DNA of 64,000 nt from a virus. Below the pieces are notes generated by a model. That model was not told the origin of the DNA, did no database searches, and worked only from the letters and a program-made list of their open reading frames with translations. The stretch covers positions 1-64,000 of IMG/VR virus record IMGVR_UViG_3300044995_000369; one strand, written 5' to 3'. Of this stretch, positions 21,601-31,200 are shown in pieces; position 1 is the stretch's first letter, and every line of letters starts with the position of its first letter. Made by a program: the position numbers and the translations under genes.

Positions 21601-24600
21601 TAAGCATCCCACAATATACCAGTTACACCCCCAGCCAAGCTAGTTTCTTTCAGTAAGGGAGTTTGTTGTATAAGACTAGTTACTAGATCGTGTGCACCAA
21701 ATAGTAACCCTACAGGAAGAACCCTTTTTGCAAGAGTCTTTGTAATAATATCAGAGACTGTAAAAGTATTTTGTAAATCAAACCCTAGTCCAAGTATACT
21801 TAGAGCAGAGTTCATAGTTCCCACAGCTGCCAAGTGCTCTATTTCTCTTCTATTTATTGGTACTTCTCTAACATCTACCTCTGTCCCTTTCAGAATAAGG
21901 TTTGATTTTCTTACCCCCATTTTTTTGGATGTATCATCGAACACCAGAACAATTTTATTTTCTGCTCCTGGTGCTTCCTTAATTCTCTTTTTAGATCCAA
22001 ACGTACTTATTGCTTCTCTAAGATTTGCCCTTCCTGAACCCAAGAAAGTACCAGATAAAAACTCTATAGACTCGGCTAATTCTGATCGAGTCAGTGCATC
22101 AACGCTTTCTCCCGGAACATATTTGTTTCCAACTGTCAGCATGTGTATTGCTGCAGATATACCGTTCATATTGGTTTCACCTAGTCTAAGCTTTGCAGAA
22201 GAAACTCTACCTGCTCCATAAGAGGACACTTCCGATAGGACTCTCGCAACCGAGTCCCTGGTAAACCTATCAGAGCTTGAGATGCTTAGGAGAAAATCAA
22301 ATATTTCCTTATTGTGTTTGTCTATTCTGTCTCCGTGCCCTTTAAGACTTGCGGATAAAGCTGAGGCTCTTGTTCTATCTTTGCTGCTTAGTACAAGTTC
22401 TTGCAGTTGCCTAAGGGGTGATTCGTCAAATCCATGAACTTCTTTCAGGTAGCCTTCATGACGAGAAAAGAATTCATTGGTGTACTTTATCTTGTTTAGA
22501 ACATCTATTAGGCCGTCTTTTTCATCTATAACTGCTTTCCTAATATCAAAGGCCCCAAGGACTGCTCTATCTTGAGCACTTATTCTGTTTGATTTTGCTA
22601 TCACATCAAATACTTTTAATAACATACCAGTCATACTTTTAGAAGGATCTACAGCACCTTCTGCCATATCTGCTGCCCTCATGGAGGCAAAAATGCCGTT
22701 AATTATTTTTTTGGAGTAACTGTTTATCCCTTTTACTATTTCAACAGCTTCAGTGTCTCCTTTCCTTAATATGTCTTCTAACTTTTCTCTGTTCAAAGCT
22801 CCTCTTTTTAAGTCTCCAACTACTTTCCCAATGTAGGAAGGATCTTTGTACTTTCCAAAGATAGATCTCACTTTTCCGAACAAAGATTGCTCGTGACCAC
22901 TATTCCACTCTAAGAAGTCCCCTAATGTTGTAACAAACTTTGTAAAGCCAGTATTTTCAGAGTCCCTATAATACCTTTTCATCTTTATATTGGTTGTAGT
23001 TTCAATACCGCTTTCTATTTCAACTCCACTTGGGCCAGTTATAGAAGCTTTACCTCCAAGTAATCCGCCCGCGATCTGTCCAGCTCTGGTATCTCCTCTG
23101 AGAAGCTTTGCTCCTTCTATAGGAGCATCTCCGGCATGCAGTATGAAAGTTACTTTGTTTCCATCTGCCAATTTGGTATGGACTTTCACGTATCTTCCAA
23201 GAACATCCAAAATGTCTCCACTTCCGAGGTCCCACTGACCTCTAGTCATTACTCCGAATGCTATTTTATCTGCTACGAACTCTTTTACTGCTTCTTCGTC
23301 CCCTTTATCAGCACCAAATGCTCCCCATTTGCCAGTTATTCTTGCGTATTCTATTGCTTTCTCTTGTTTGGCTTTTAGATAGCTTTCTGCAACTGACTCC
23401 TCTGCCTTAGTCATTATTTGTATCGCTCTTTTCGCAGCAGAGACTTTGCTTCCGCTCTTGTTATATTCTTCTACTAACTTTTCATCATTTCTTGCAAAAG
23501 TGTAAAGCTCAAGAGTCCTACCACCTTGAAGACCAACGACTCCCTTCCCTGGCTGAATACCATGTGTAAGTGCCTTAGTCTTAGCTGATTGCAGCCAGTG
23601 GTTACCTGCATCCAGAAAGTTTAACCAAGGCCTGTTAGCGATATTAAGAAATTGAGTAACTATTTTATCCATAGCATCTCTTATAGAATCTATATGAAAG
23701 ACTCCTATGTCATATCTTCCTCCTAGGAAATCTATTTTTGCTCTATCCTGAGTTACTTGTCTTACTACATCCGTAGTTATGATTTCAAGATTTTCAGACC
23801 TTTGGACTGGTGACTTCCTGATAACTTTAGTTCCCATATAGCCTATGTCATCTCCATAATACTTTGCACCGGCTAACTTACGAAGTCCTCTATGGACTTC
23901 TGCGAACTTCTTGTTGAATCCTACTCTCTCCAGTTCTCTCCCCTCTCCAGTTGCAATATCCCTATATAACAACTGGCCTTTTACAGTCCTCCTACCAGAT
24001 TCTTTTTTAACAGAAGAGACTGGAGCTCTTTCATCTCCCATCAAAGTTGCGTAAGAATCGTACAAAGAAGTTTTATCTTTGAACTCTGCATCTTTTACTT
24101 TCGCATCCACTATGGACAAATCTGATCTTCTTGCTTTTCTTGCGTTCACTTGTTGAACTGATCTACCTATCGCTTTGAGTGCGGCAGTAGTAGATCCAAA
24201 CGCTTTAAAAGTCTGGTTTGCAGAGACAAATTTGGACATTGCATTATCGTAAACAGCAAACATTCCCTTTGTCATTTTGTTTAGATTATGCAAACTTTCT
24301 GCACCAAGTTTTGCTAAGGCTTCCAAACCGAACACAGAGGATTTCTTAGAAAATGTAGCTATTCTAGCCATTTTCAATGAGCGTTTGGCAACATCAAATC
24401 CAGCACTAAACCCCAAAGACAAAGGCAAACCAGTAGTGGCATAATAGTTAAGAAAGTTTTGATCTGCAGGGATGTTTCCTTGTATTTGTTCTACCTTGTA
24501 CATTACATATGTCATTGGTAGAAACTTAACTTCCCCTTTTATCGCTCCTTTTACTACTTGCCTTGCAAAGTTGCTGCGACTACCTACTTTCCTTGAAATA

Positions 24601-24908
24601 GTATCTATTCTCTTTTCGTATCCTTTGATTATTTTCTTCTTGAATTTCTCCACATTCGAACTAACTTCTCTGTTTATTTCTCTGAAGTTCTCTCTGTAGT
24701 ATCTTAGGTAACTTGTCCTTAGGTCTTGGTAAGATCTGATCTTTGCGCCAGTCTTAATGACAGATAAACTTGCTCTTCCAGAGGCTTTCAGACTAGATAA
24801 AAGTTTTCCACTATTTCTGAGTGCCCAATCACCAACTTTTTGTAGACCTTCAGATAATGCGTGGCCAACAATTGGATAGGCTATAAAACTGCCAATTGTT
24901 CCCAACAT
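18693..24908 (-). CDS. Tail tape measure protein (2071 aa)
   Basis: Lies downstream of chaperone-like genes. Long helical, Gly/Ala-rich protein with hydrophobic GxxxG stretches (GGMIGAGIGMILGGG; GGPIGAGLGAGIAGAASLLG). Motifs VSKGRFWELSG..F.G.KI.YFRP and GDPY.KI..GE.RLPG..YE recall large myophage TMPs. Confidence 0.7.
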   Translation of the reverse strand: MLGTIGSFIAYPIVGHALSEGLQKVGDWALRNSGKLLSSLKASGRASLSVIKTGAKIRSYQDLRTSYLRYYRENFREINREVSSNVEKFKKKIIKGYEKRIDTISRKVGSRSNFARQVVKGAIKGEVKFLPMTYVMYKVEQIQGNIPADQNFLNYYATTGLPLSLGFSAGFDVAKRSLKMARIATFSKKSSVFGLEALAKLGAESLHNLNKMTKGMFAVYDNAMSKFVSANQTFKAFGSTTAALKAIGRSVQQVNARKARRSDLSIVDAKVKDAEFKDKTSLYDSYATLMGDERAPVSSVKKESGRRTVKGQLLYRDIATGEGRELERVGFNKKFAEVHRGLRKLAGAKYYGDDIGYMGTKVIRKSPVQRSENLEIITTDVVRQVTQDRAKIDFLGGRYDIGVFHIDSIRDAMDKIVTQFLNIANRPWLNFLDAGNHWLQSAKTKALTHGIQPGKGVVGLQGGRTLELYTFARNDEKLVEEYNKSGSKVSAAKRAIQIMTKAEESVAESYLKAKQEKAIEYARITGKWGAFGADKGDEEAVKEFVADKIAFGVMTRGQWDLGSGDILDVLGRYVKVHTKLADGNKVTFILHAGDAPIEGAKLLRGDTRAGQIAGGLLGGKASITGPSGVEIESGIETTTNIKMKRYYRDSENTGFTKFVTTLGDFLEWNSGHEQSLFGKVRSIFGKYKDPSYIGKVVGDLKRGALNREKLEDILRKGDTEAVEIVKGINSYSKKIINGIFASMRAADMAEGAVDPSKSMTGMLLKVFDVIAKSNRISAQDRAVLGAFDIRKAVIDEKDGLIDVLNKIKYTNEFFSRHEGYLKEVHGFDESPLRQLQELVLSSKDRTRASALSASLKGHGDRIDKHNKEIFDFLLSISSSDRFTRDSVARVLSEVSSYGAGRVSSAKLRLGETNMNGISAAIHMLTVGNKYVPGESVDALTRSELAESIEFLSGTFLGSGRANLREAISTFGSKKRIKEAPGAENKIVLVFDDTSKKMGVRKSNLILKGTEVDVREVPINRREIEHLAAVGTMNSALSILGLGFDLQNTFTVSDIITKTLAKRVLPVGLLFGAHDLVTSLIQQTPLLKETSLAGGVTGILWDAYAGARVLSQTVSDFTGITSFAQKMEELVPGSIDSPLSGLIRGLLPIGMGLKIGNMGRVGPIKGGMIGAGIGMILGGGPLGLFDDSWNLAKGREQVIAELSGEKEVAVSKGRFWELSGSAFWGDKITYFRPSLYALQKKQYQRADNYIGNDLVDVVQSYIDPGVYAEKHYISRPYEMVGGKFSNLPLIGTALNSLVGGSRYMHQDFLQEMSQSALLAGGAVPGLQYSGTLNSITPISSGRGAFYGGEIVGGRSISSLPIISPDSIGAATDTTIDNMLDVAGLRGFVLGNVIDMATDRGPTGFSGGFRIESANDIASFSKAYWEKELGGIVGLSEGIRRIFPNPSPGDTERVNRIANAMPLWLPGKDSFIDFLTGDPYNKIQMGEVRLPGKAYEATHDVYYTYPIDSMVMGKSFEEQVSFYAGDVTYLASLRRNWHVVERTRKELIGELKKTMPIIKESDVAYDVKNDVHSFVDAVMQDEKGLKTAIAVVPIIDNYVDPGGVAQLNAYLVNNTKDIKQGLLIAMDKDGNISKQIIYADLKKYLNDVKLAKSAARQASKITKDIQEEGYSVNRWPAYSHLNRLQILVNVAPFSKETQLEMKIVHQQIGAGILGNKEMAMYRNIMDQFIKRLKSRKTQEYKFIPLLMGKTPMGTEAIKLREEAEKYSKPEQLIGAVGEYITHFRNPILNKLMGKKSMYEQYREDIALGKGFTRWQNPIEDYIAANISLIAAEEDPLQATVSGATGGFIFGGPIGAGLGAGIAGAASLLGLTSNTRASRMQELDDVQALADALKYKEATELADEYEARDRRFTLRKKSSAYYAYTEGAYLGEVAGFNDVTGSLSPAERSYVRRMMLNMHKEDIEKIAPLLPAHTRGLFLSYATGEVPDTSIYQKYITDARRVVEGAPLRFRSDDIIYKTLQTRGLDAHELGLGWTQQVNRVKYMENVRGMDIPTLDEDPGYPGFIPKFGSVVRL

Positions 24909-24933
24909 GTATAAAGTTTAACCTTTTATACCA

Positions 24934-25737
24934 CTAAGAAAGGTTTGACGGTAGTGGGACTTTTCCGGGATCAGAAGATTCCATTTCAATAAGCTCTGCA
25001 TTTTCTGCAGCTGTGTTAATTCTTCTCTTAGGTCTACCGAGTGCAGCTTCTTTTTTGTCCTGTGCAATTCTTTGGCTCAGGATTTCTTTGAGCTCTCCAA
25101 AATCTGCCTCTCTGTCTTTGCCCATAACCCTTTCGAATTCTTTACCAAAGTTCTTGTCTGGAGAAAGTTTTATGGGTTTGTTTAGCTTTACTGCCAGATC
25201 GTATCTGTCTTTTAAGATTACTCCAGTACTACTTTCTAGAGCGGCAACAATGGACACTTTTTCATCAAAAGACCTAATTTGTCTAAAGTCTAGATAATCT
25301 CTAATGGACATGTTTGCTATCACCATATTGTCCAGAAGAGAAGAAGGGCTTGCTAGTTCCATTCTTCTTTCTTCTAACATTTTAAAAAGTTTATTGATGT
25401 CTTTGTTTACTTCCTCTATGTCTGAACCTGATATTTCAAACAAAGCATCAATTATTCCCTTGACCAAAAGGGAGTAAGACATTACATACTTAAGATCAAC
25501 TCCAATTACCCTTAAGTGATTATTAAAAAGGTGGACTATTGTTGGAAGAGTATACCTTTTTGGAGAGTATAATCTGTAGTCTTTAATGTCCAAAGGAATA
25601 GCAATTACTTTGAATTCCTTGTCTTGAAGTCTTCCCTTTTTTCTAAGGCTCTCTACAAAAGAGCGAGGAACCAAAAGTCCATCGTCAAGAACTTTTGGCT
25701 TTATCTTAATTACGTTGTATAGCTTCTGCTGAGGCAC
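24934..25737 (-). CDS. Putative second tail assembly chaperone (gpT-like) / hypothetical; likely start GTG 25737 (track start 25806)
   Basis: Sits between the chaperone-like gene and the TMP. A GGAGGAG sequence precedes GTG at 25737. The frame is open 22 codons upstream, in the -1 frame of the previous gene. Confidence 0.5.
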   Translation of the reverse strand: MPQQKLYNVIKIKPKVLDDGLLVPRSFVESLRKKGRLQDKEFKVIAIPLDIKDYRLYSPKRYTLPTIVHLFNNHLRVIGVDLKYVMSYSLLVKGIIDALFEISGSDIEEVNKDINKLFKMLEERRMELASPSSLLDNMVIANMSIRDYLDFRQIRSFDEKVSIVAALESSTGVILKDRYDLAVKLNKPIKLSPDKNFGKEFERVMGKDREADFGELKEILSQRIAQDKKEAALGRPKRRINTAAENAELIEMESSDPGKVPLPSNLS

Positions 25738-25739
25738 TT

Positions 25740-26402
25740 TTACGGATAAAGCTCCTCCAATTCTTTTTCGTCGTAGGCTTCGACATTTGTTTCTATGTCT
25801 GACCAACCACTATGTACCTGAATAGAGGAGGCAATCAGGACAAGGTCTCCGTATGGCACTTTTCTTTCCAGTACCTTCTTGGAATGGTTTTCCGGAAAGA
25901 CAACTCCCATCATATTAACTACTATTTCGTTTACTCTTTTACCGATATTGTTTGCATTCTGCTCTACCCAGTTTTCTACAAACAACTCTAGCTTCTCCAG
26001 TTCATCTTTGGGAAGGTCTTCTTCTGACTTGAAGTTCTTGCCCTCTTTCCTTTGCAGGGCAAACCACTCTCTTTTTCCAGACTCTCTTGCCTCCCTTATT
26101 TCCTCTTCTTCTACTGTTCTCATTGCATCTTCTACCTTTTGCATGTCTGACATTGTTATAGCTCTGAGGATATAGACCCTATTTTTGCCAGGTGCGACAC
26201 CTTTAAGGATCAATGGCTGGAGCAAGTCATCTGGGTATTTCTTTTCATATTCTGCGAGTTTAGCTTGAATCTGTTCTTTCGTGAGATTAATGTTATCAGG
26301 AATGTTCTTCTTTTCCTGATCGGCAGATGCTGCTTCATCTGGTTTTCTACTCTTTTCCTTTTCTGATTCCCAAATCATTTTACTCTCCATTTTTAACTCC
26401 AT
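25740..26402 (-). CDS. Putative tail assembly chaperone (gpG-like), 220 aa; alternative start ATG 26390
   Basis: Small acidic protein upstream of the TMP with a YILRAIT..D motif and a C-terminal GVVFP...YGDLVLIASSIQVHSGW pattern typical of tail chaperones. SD GGAG precedes ATG 26390. Confidence 0.55.
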   Translation of the reverse strand: MELKMESKMIWESEKEKSRKPDEAASADQEKKNIPDNINLTKEQIQAKLAEYEKKYPDDLLQPLILKGVAPGKNRVYILRAITMSDMQKVEDAMRTVEEEEIREARESGKREWFALQRKEGKNFKSEEDLPKDELEKLELFVENWVEQNANNIGKRVNEIVVNMMGVVFPENHSKKVLERKVPYGDLVLIASSIQVHSGWSDIETNVEAYDEKELEELYP

Positions 26403-28231
26403 TAGCTGAGTGTAACTACTATACCATTATGATCTGAAATATAGGATTTGTCAATAGTATGTAGCTTTTTCCAGTATTTATTTCTATAGGACTCCTCGTT
26501 CATGTTAAAACCTCCAGGTTCATGAACTTCGATGCATTCATATACTTCCCCTTTGTAAACAATTTTGAATCCTGTATTGTATTTGGATACAGAAGGAGAC
26601 CAAAACGGATAAACTTGCTCCCAGTCTGATTTTATAAAATTAGCTTTTGGCTTTTGCTCAATAGAACCTTCTATATCTGTTCTTTTTATCTCCCAAGTGA
26701 ATTCTTTATCAGGGAACAATTCCTTAATAGTTCCTCTTTTTTCATTCTTAGTTCCTTCCAATAAGATGACTTTACACTTGCCATTTAGGGATCCAAGATG
26801 ATTCTCACCTGGCTTTGTTGCTACTTTGGTAAGAATTGCATATCTGAATTCTTTGTTTTCTTGGGAATCTATTTTTACAGTTACATCGAGACTTTTAATT
26901 AAAGAACCTTCTCTAACATATCCGGCACTATATCCTTTAGAAGAAGAATTCTTTCTGCACAAAAATAGTGCAGATCCATTCTCTTTGTTGCCAGAAACAT
27001 CTCCAGGAACTACATAATACTTACCCTGTTCATAGAACTGTATTTCATTAGGTTTATATTCCTCATATTTTATGGTGTTTTCCGGAGAGTATATGTCTAT
27101 AACCTTGAACGAGCTCTGGTTGAGACTCTGCGAAAAGCTACCTTCTATATCTGACCAGAGTATATGGTCAATGTCAAGAGATTTACTTTGATCATATGCA
27201 TTAGGAAAGCTTACATAGTCTCCTGTTATAGTTTTCATAGGGGGGTTTAAAACGGAAGTAAAGAAACTTAGAGAAGCATCTCCCACGAACTCCGGAGCTG
27301 TTAAGTTCCTTTTCCTTGTTGTGTTAAAATCTCCTCCGACTACGAATCCATAACTCGAAGAACCAGCCTCTTGAAATTGTTTCCTTTTTGATTCAATAAA
27401 CCCTGCTGCGACAGAACAGGTCATTTCTCTTAGTGTTTTATTCCATGCTTGAAGGACAGTTAAAACAGAAGAGTCTACAGAATTAAGACCTAGGGCTTTA
27501 GGAGATGGTAGATTTGATTTCAAGTGCACATTCAAAACCCAGATCCTTGATCCTTGGTGCAAAATCCGGGCAGCCAATATTGGGCGGATACTCCTGTTGA
27601 ATTCAAAGTTTACTAATAACTTTCCCCAAGCTGGCTGTCCTGCGACAGCTTGTTGTAGCTCTGTTCTGGTATTTTCTACATAGTTTATAAGTTTGATTGT
27701 TTCTAATTCGTTGGCAGGACCAAGTGAATCAGTTCTAGGTCTTTTATGAGCGTCAAAGTATTCAAAGACATTTATACGTTCAACTTCTTCTATGGGACTT
27801 TTAGATACAATACACAACTTTTGAGATTGATTTACAACTGCCTGGTCATTGATGGTGGATACAAGATATGGATAGCATATTTTATCTCTATCTGACTGAT
27901 CCACACTTTCTGTGCTCAAGTAAGAATTGTACCTCGCTATTACTGATGCCAGGTAGTTAACGGAAACCACTTCTTGAAAGAGCATTACGTCTGGAGCATC
28001 CTTACTTGTAGGAAAGTTTGTTTTGAGGATTTCAAACAACTTTGATACTCTTTCAAAGTCCACCAGTTTACCTTTGTCTAGTGGAGTTTTTGTAGTATCT
28101 GCATCTTGTAACTCTTTTTCGTTAGCAAGAAATGCTGCAGAGTCCATGTAGTTAATGTCTTCATCTAGTAGGACAGCCCCACCTACTGCGGGGAAGAATT
28201 TAAGGTTCCATGAAAGAACTTTCAGATCCAT
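26402..28231 (-). CDS. Endonuclease/exonuclease/phosphatase (EEP, DNase I-like) family protein with a large insertion containing CBM5/12-like modules
   Basis: Complete EEP motif set: SWNL, PDVMLFQEV, NVHLKS, GGDFN, IDHI and terminal SDH. The insertion contains WSPSVSKYNTGFKIVYKGEVYECIEVH. Confidence 0.85.
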   Translation of the reverse strand: MDLKVLSWNLKFFPAVGGAVLLDEDINYMDSAAFLANEKELQDADTTKTPLDKGKLVDFERVSKLFEILKTNFPTSKDAPDVMLFQEVVSVNYLASVIARYNSYLSTESVDQSDRDKICYPYLVSTINDQAVVNQSQKLCIVSKSPIEEVERINVFEYFDAHKRPRTDSLGPANELETIKLINYVENTRTELQQAVAGQPAWGKLLVNFEFNRSIRPILAARILHQGSRIWVLNVHLKSNLPSPKALGLNSVDSSVLTVLQAWNKTLREMTCSVAAGFIESKRKQFQEAGSSSYGFVVGGDFNTTRKRNLTAPEFVGDASLSFFTSVLNPPMKTITGDYVSFPNAYDQSKSLDIDHILWSDIEGSFSQSLNQSSFKVIDIYSPENTIKYEEYKPNEIQFYEQGKYYVVPGDVSGNKENGSALFLCRKNSSSKGYSAGYVREGSLIKSLDVTVKIDSQENKEFRYAILTKVATKPGENHLGSLNGKCKVILLEGTKNEKRGTIKELFPDKEFTWEIKRTDIEGSIEQKPKANFIKSDWEQVYPFWSPSVSKYNTGFKIVYKGEVYECIEVHEPGGFNMNEESYRNKYWKKLHTIDKSYISDHNGIVVTLS

Positions 28232-31200
28232 TATGCACTAACTCCGATTCTGTCAAAAGTTATAATTCTAACCCCGTTAGTGTTTGCGTTAACTTTGGCA
28301 ATTTGTTTAAATCCTGTCCCAAGCTTCTTAGCATTATCTGGCAATGCCAAGTCTGTTTCGGACAATGGACTGGATTTCTTAAATCCTACGCTTACTTGCT
28401 CCCACTGTAGCTTCAAGGAGCTACCACCTCCCACTGTAGTAGACTTGAACCTTATTATGTAATTACCATTTCCTTCTTTTCTTTCAAATATGTCATAAGA
28501 ATCAATATCCGAGTATATCCTAAGCATATTAGGTCCTAAAGGACTTATGCTTGGTTTAACTCTTCCTAGCTCTCCAATTTCTATTTGTGCTTGTTCAAAT
28601 TCTTCGTCTGAGAGTTCTACTCCTATGTTGTCTACACCAATAAACATTTTTGCAGCAAATAGTGACCATAAAGCTGCTATAACTTTCTTATCAAACTTCT
28701 CGACGTCCTTGTCTATTTCGATACTTGTATACGCACTATTTTTTAGGCCCCCAAGAGAAACTCCTAAAATTGACAATGGTTCTCCGGTTGCATAAATGTC
28801 ATAATATTTTGAGGTTCCATCATTCTTTCCGAAAGTATGTCCTGTTGCAACCATAAACTTTTTACTGTCGAATGTTTTGGTGATTGCTAGCCTCTTGCTA
28901 TCTTCCACTCCCAGCAAATCAGCAAAGGAACAATACTTTTCATCCTTTCCAGGTCCGGAAAATAAAGACTTAAGCTTCCCTCCAATTTCTTTTACAAAGT
29001 ACTCTCCTGGTACATATGTTAACTCATTTAGTGTCAAATCTGATAGTCTAACACTATCTGACTTGTAAGTCTTTATTGCAGGGTCATTGTATCTGTCTTT
29101 TAGGTACCTTAATTTAAGCTCTGCTTTTGCAAGTAATATTCTGTTGACACCTGGAAGGTAAGAAAAGTGTATATCTGACTTTTCTGTAACAAGTAAATTG
29201 TTTGGTTTATTTTCATTGCCGGGAGAGTTTGTTTTCAGTACTGGGCTCCTTTTAGGGATAAAAGAAGGGACTTCTTCCAAGCTAGAAGACAGCAAGTTGG
29301 ACTCTGATTCTGGATCTCCACACAGCGTTAAGCCTTCTCCAAAAGACCTTGTGCATGTTAAACCGTTTATATTTTTACCTATGCCAACACTCACATTAGT
29401 TACAGCGACATGTATTTTTTTGTTGTCAAGAGTTGAAGACGGTCCAATATATACTTTTGATGCAATCGCAAATAGCTGTTCGACTTTTGTCTCATTTTTT
29501 CCTTCCTTTAGAACGGAAAGTCTGACAGGAAGGCTACTTGGCGAGGAGGGCATTTTTGCCCCAGAAACTAGAGAATAGAGATCTATTTCATTTACTGCAT
29601 CTATGTCGGACTCACAACTAGAGCCATCCATATATTCAAAAATGCCACCAGCCTCTGACAATAGATCAAACAAAAACTGTAACATATCGATATTTCTCTT
29701 ATTTCCGGAATTCTTGTCCGACTTCTTAATTGTTATGACATTTTTTAAGTACGATAGTATCGCAACTGTATAGTAGACTACTCCACCAGAGGCATCAAAG
29801 AAATACGCTCTATTATTCTTTCTGTTGTCTTCTTCATTCTTTAATATATCAAGTGCTCGGCTAAACTCTTTTATAGACCCTTGATCAATTTCTAGCTTGA
29901 TGACTACCGACGATAAAGAATTCTCTGAGATATACTTTTCTATTTCTTCGACCCTGGTAATGTTGGAAGGAAAAACCTCCCCAGATGATATGCTAAGGAA
30001 GATTGCAGTATTTGAGCTATCATCTCCTCCATTGTTACTACTGTATAACTTTGATGCTTTGGCTGCTTCATAATACTTTTTTAACAGATTGGAAGCAAGT
30101 ACAACATTTTCACTATTATAGGAACTTAAATCACCTGATTGTGAGGTGTCTGAAGGTATAAGTATAGTTGGTTTTTGCCCTTTTTCAACATATTCCCCAC
30201 CGAGATACGATCCTACCCCAAAAAAGGAAAATAGGGACTTTTCGGAGATGTTTTCATCTATATTGGTAACTCCTGTGAGATAGGAAGAAAAGACTGTCTT
30301 GATATCTTCCCCTATGTTTCCAAAGTCCGGAATTACAACTACTGAAATATAGGAAGGTGAAACTGGTTTCCCATCTTTTAAAAACCCTTTCCTTCCGGAT
30401 TGCCTTAAGATGCCTACATCTTCTTGGGAAAAAGATAGCTCACCAGGACTCTTTACATATATACCAGCATAAGGGTTTACTGCGTTTGGATCTTTGTAAA
30501 ACTTGTAAGAAGTCAGCAGCTTGGAAAGCACTGCAAAGCCATACAGAACGGCTCTTCTTTTAGAAAGGCCTATATTTGTCATTGAAGTCAAAAAGGATAA
30601 AGGGTGGAAGTCTACAATGCTCTCATGATCCGATCCACCTTCTAAGAGAGAGTTGTAGTCATCAAATGTCCCATTTAGTATACCTTCCAAGGTTCTAAAT
30701 TTTGTTCCCCTTGGAAGGTATGGATACATGCCATTTCTAAGGAGGAAGTCTGTATAAGTCTTTCCCGTTACTGTTAGCTCAGAGTTTTTTATAAAACCAA
30801 CATCTCTGAGTTTATCTGAGTTAATCATCTCTACTATCTTGTTTTTCTTATCCTGGTAGGAGTGGTTGTTTCCAATTTCTCTAGTAAGTTCTTCCGCGTC
30901 TGATTTCTGATAGGCAGCAGGAACCCCAAAAGCAGCAGTGAAATAGATATCTCTTTCAATGCCAGGAACTTTGGTGTCAGAGAAGTTTCTTAAAACAAAA
31001 GAAAGTCTTCTTGACCCTTCGTTAGATGAATCTGCATATAAAGAGGTACTTAATATTTGCAGAAGCTGAGCCGGGAGCCAATTTAGATGTTTTAGGGATT
31101 GGTCGTTTTTTTGTGCCAATTTTTTGGTTATATTAAGAGCAGTTTCGAGATTACTTTCTATTCTCTTGTTTTGTACAGCACCTTCTGTGAGAGCTACTGA

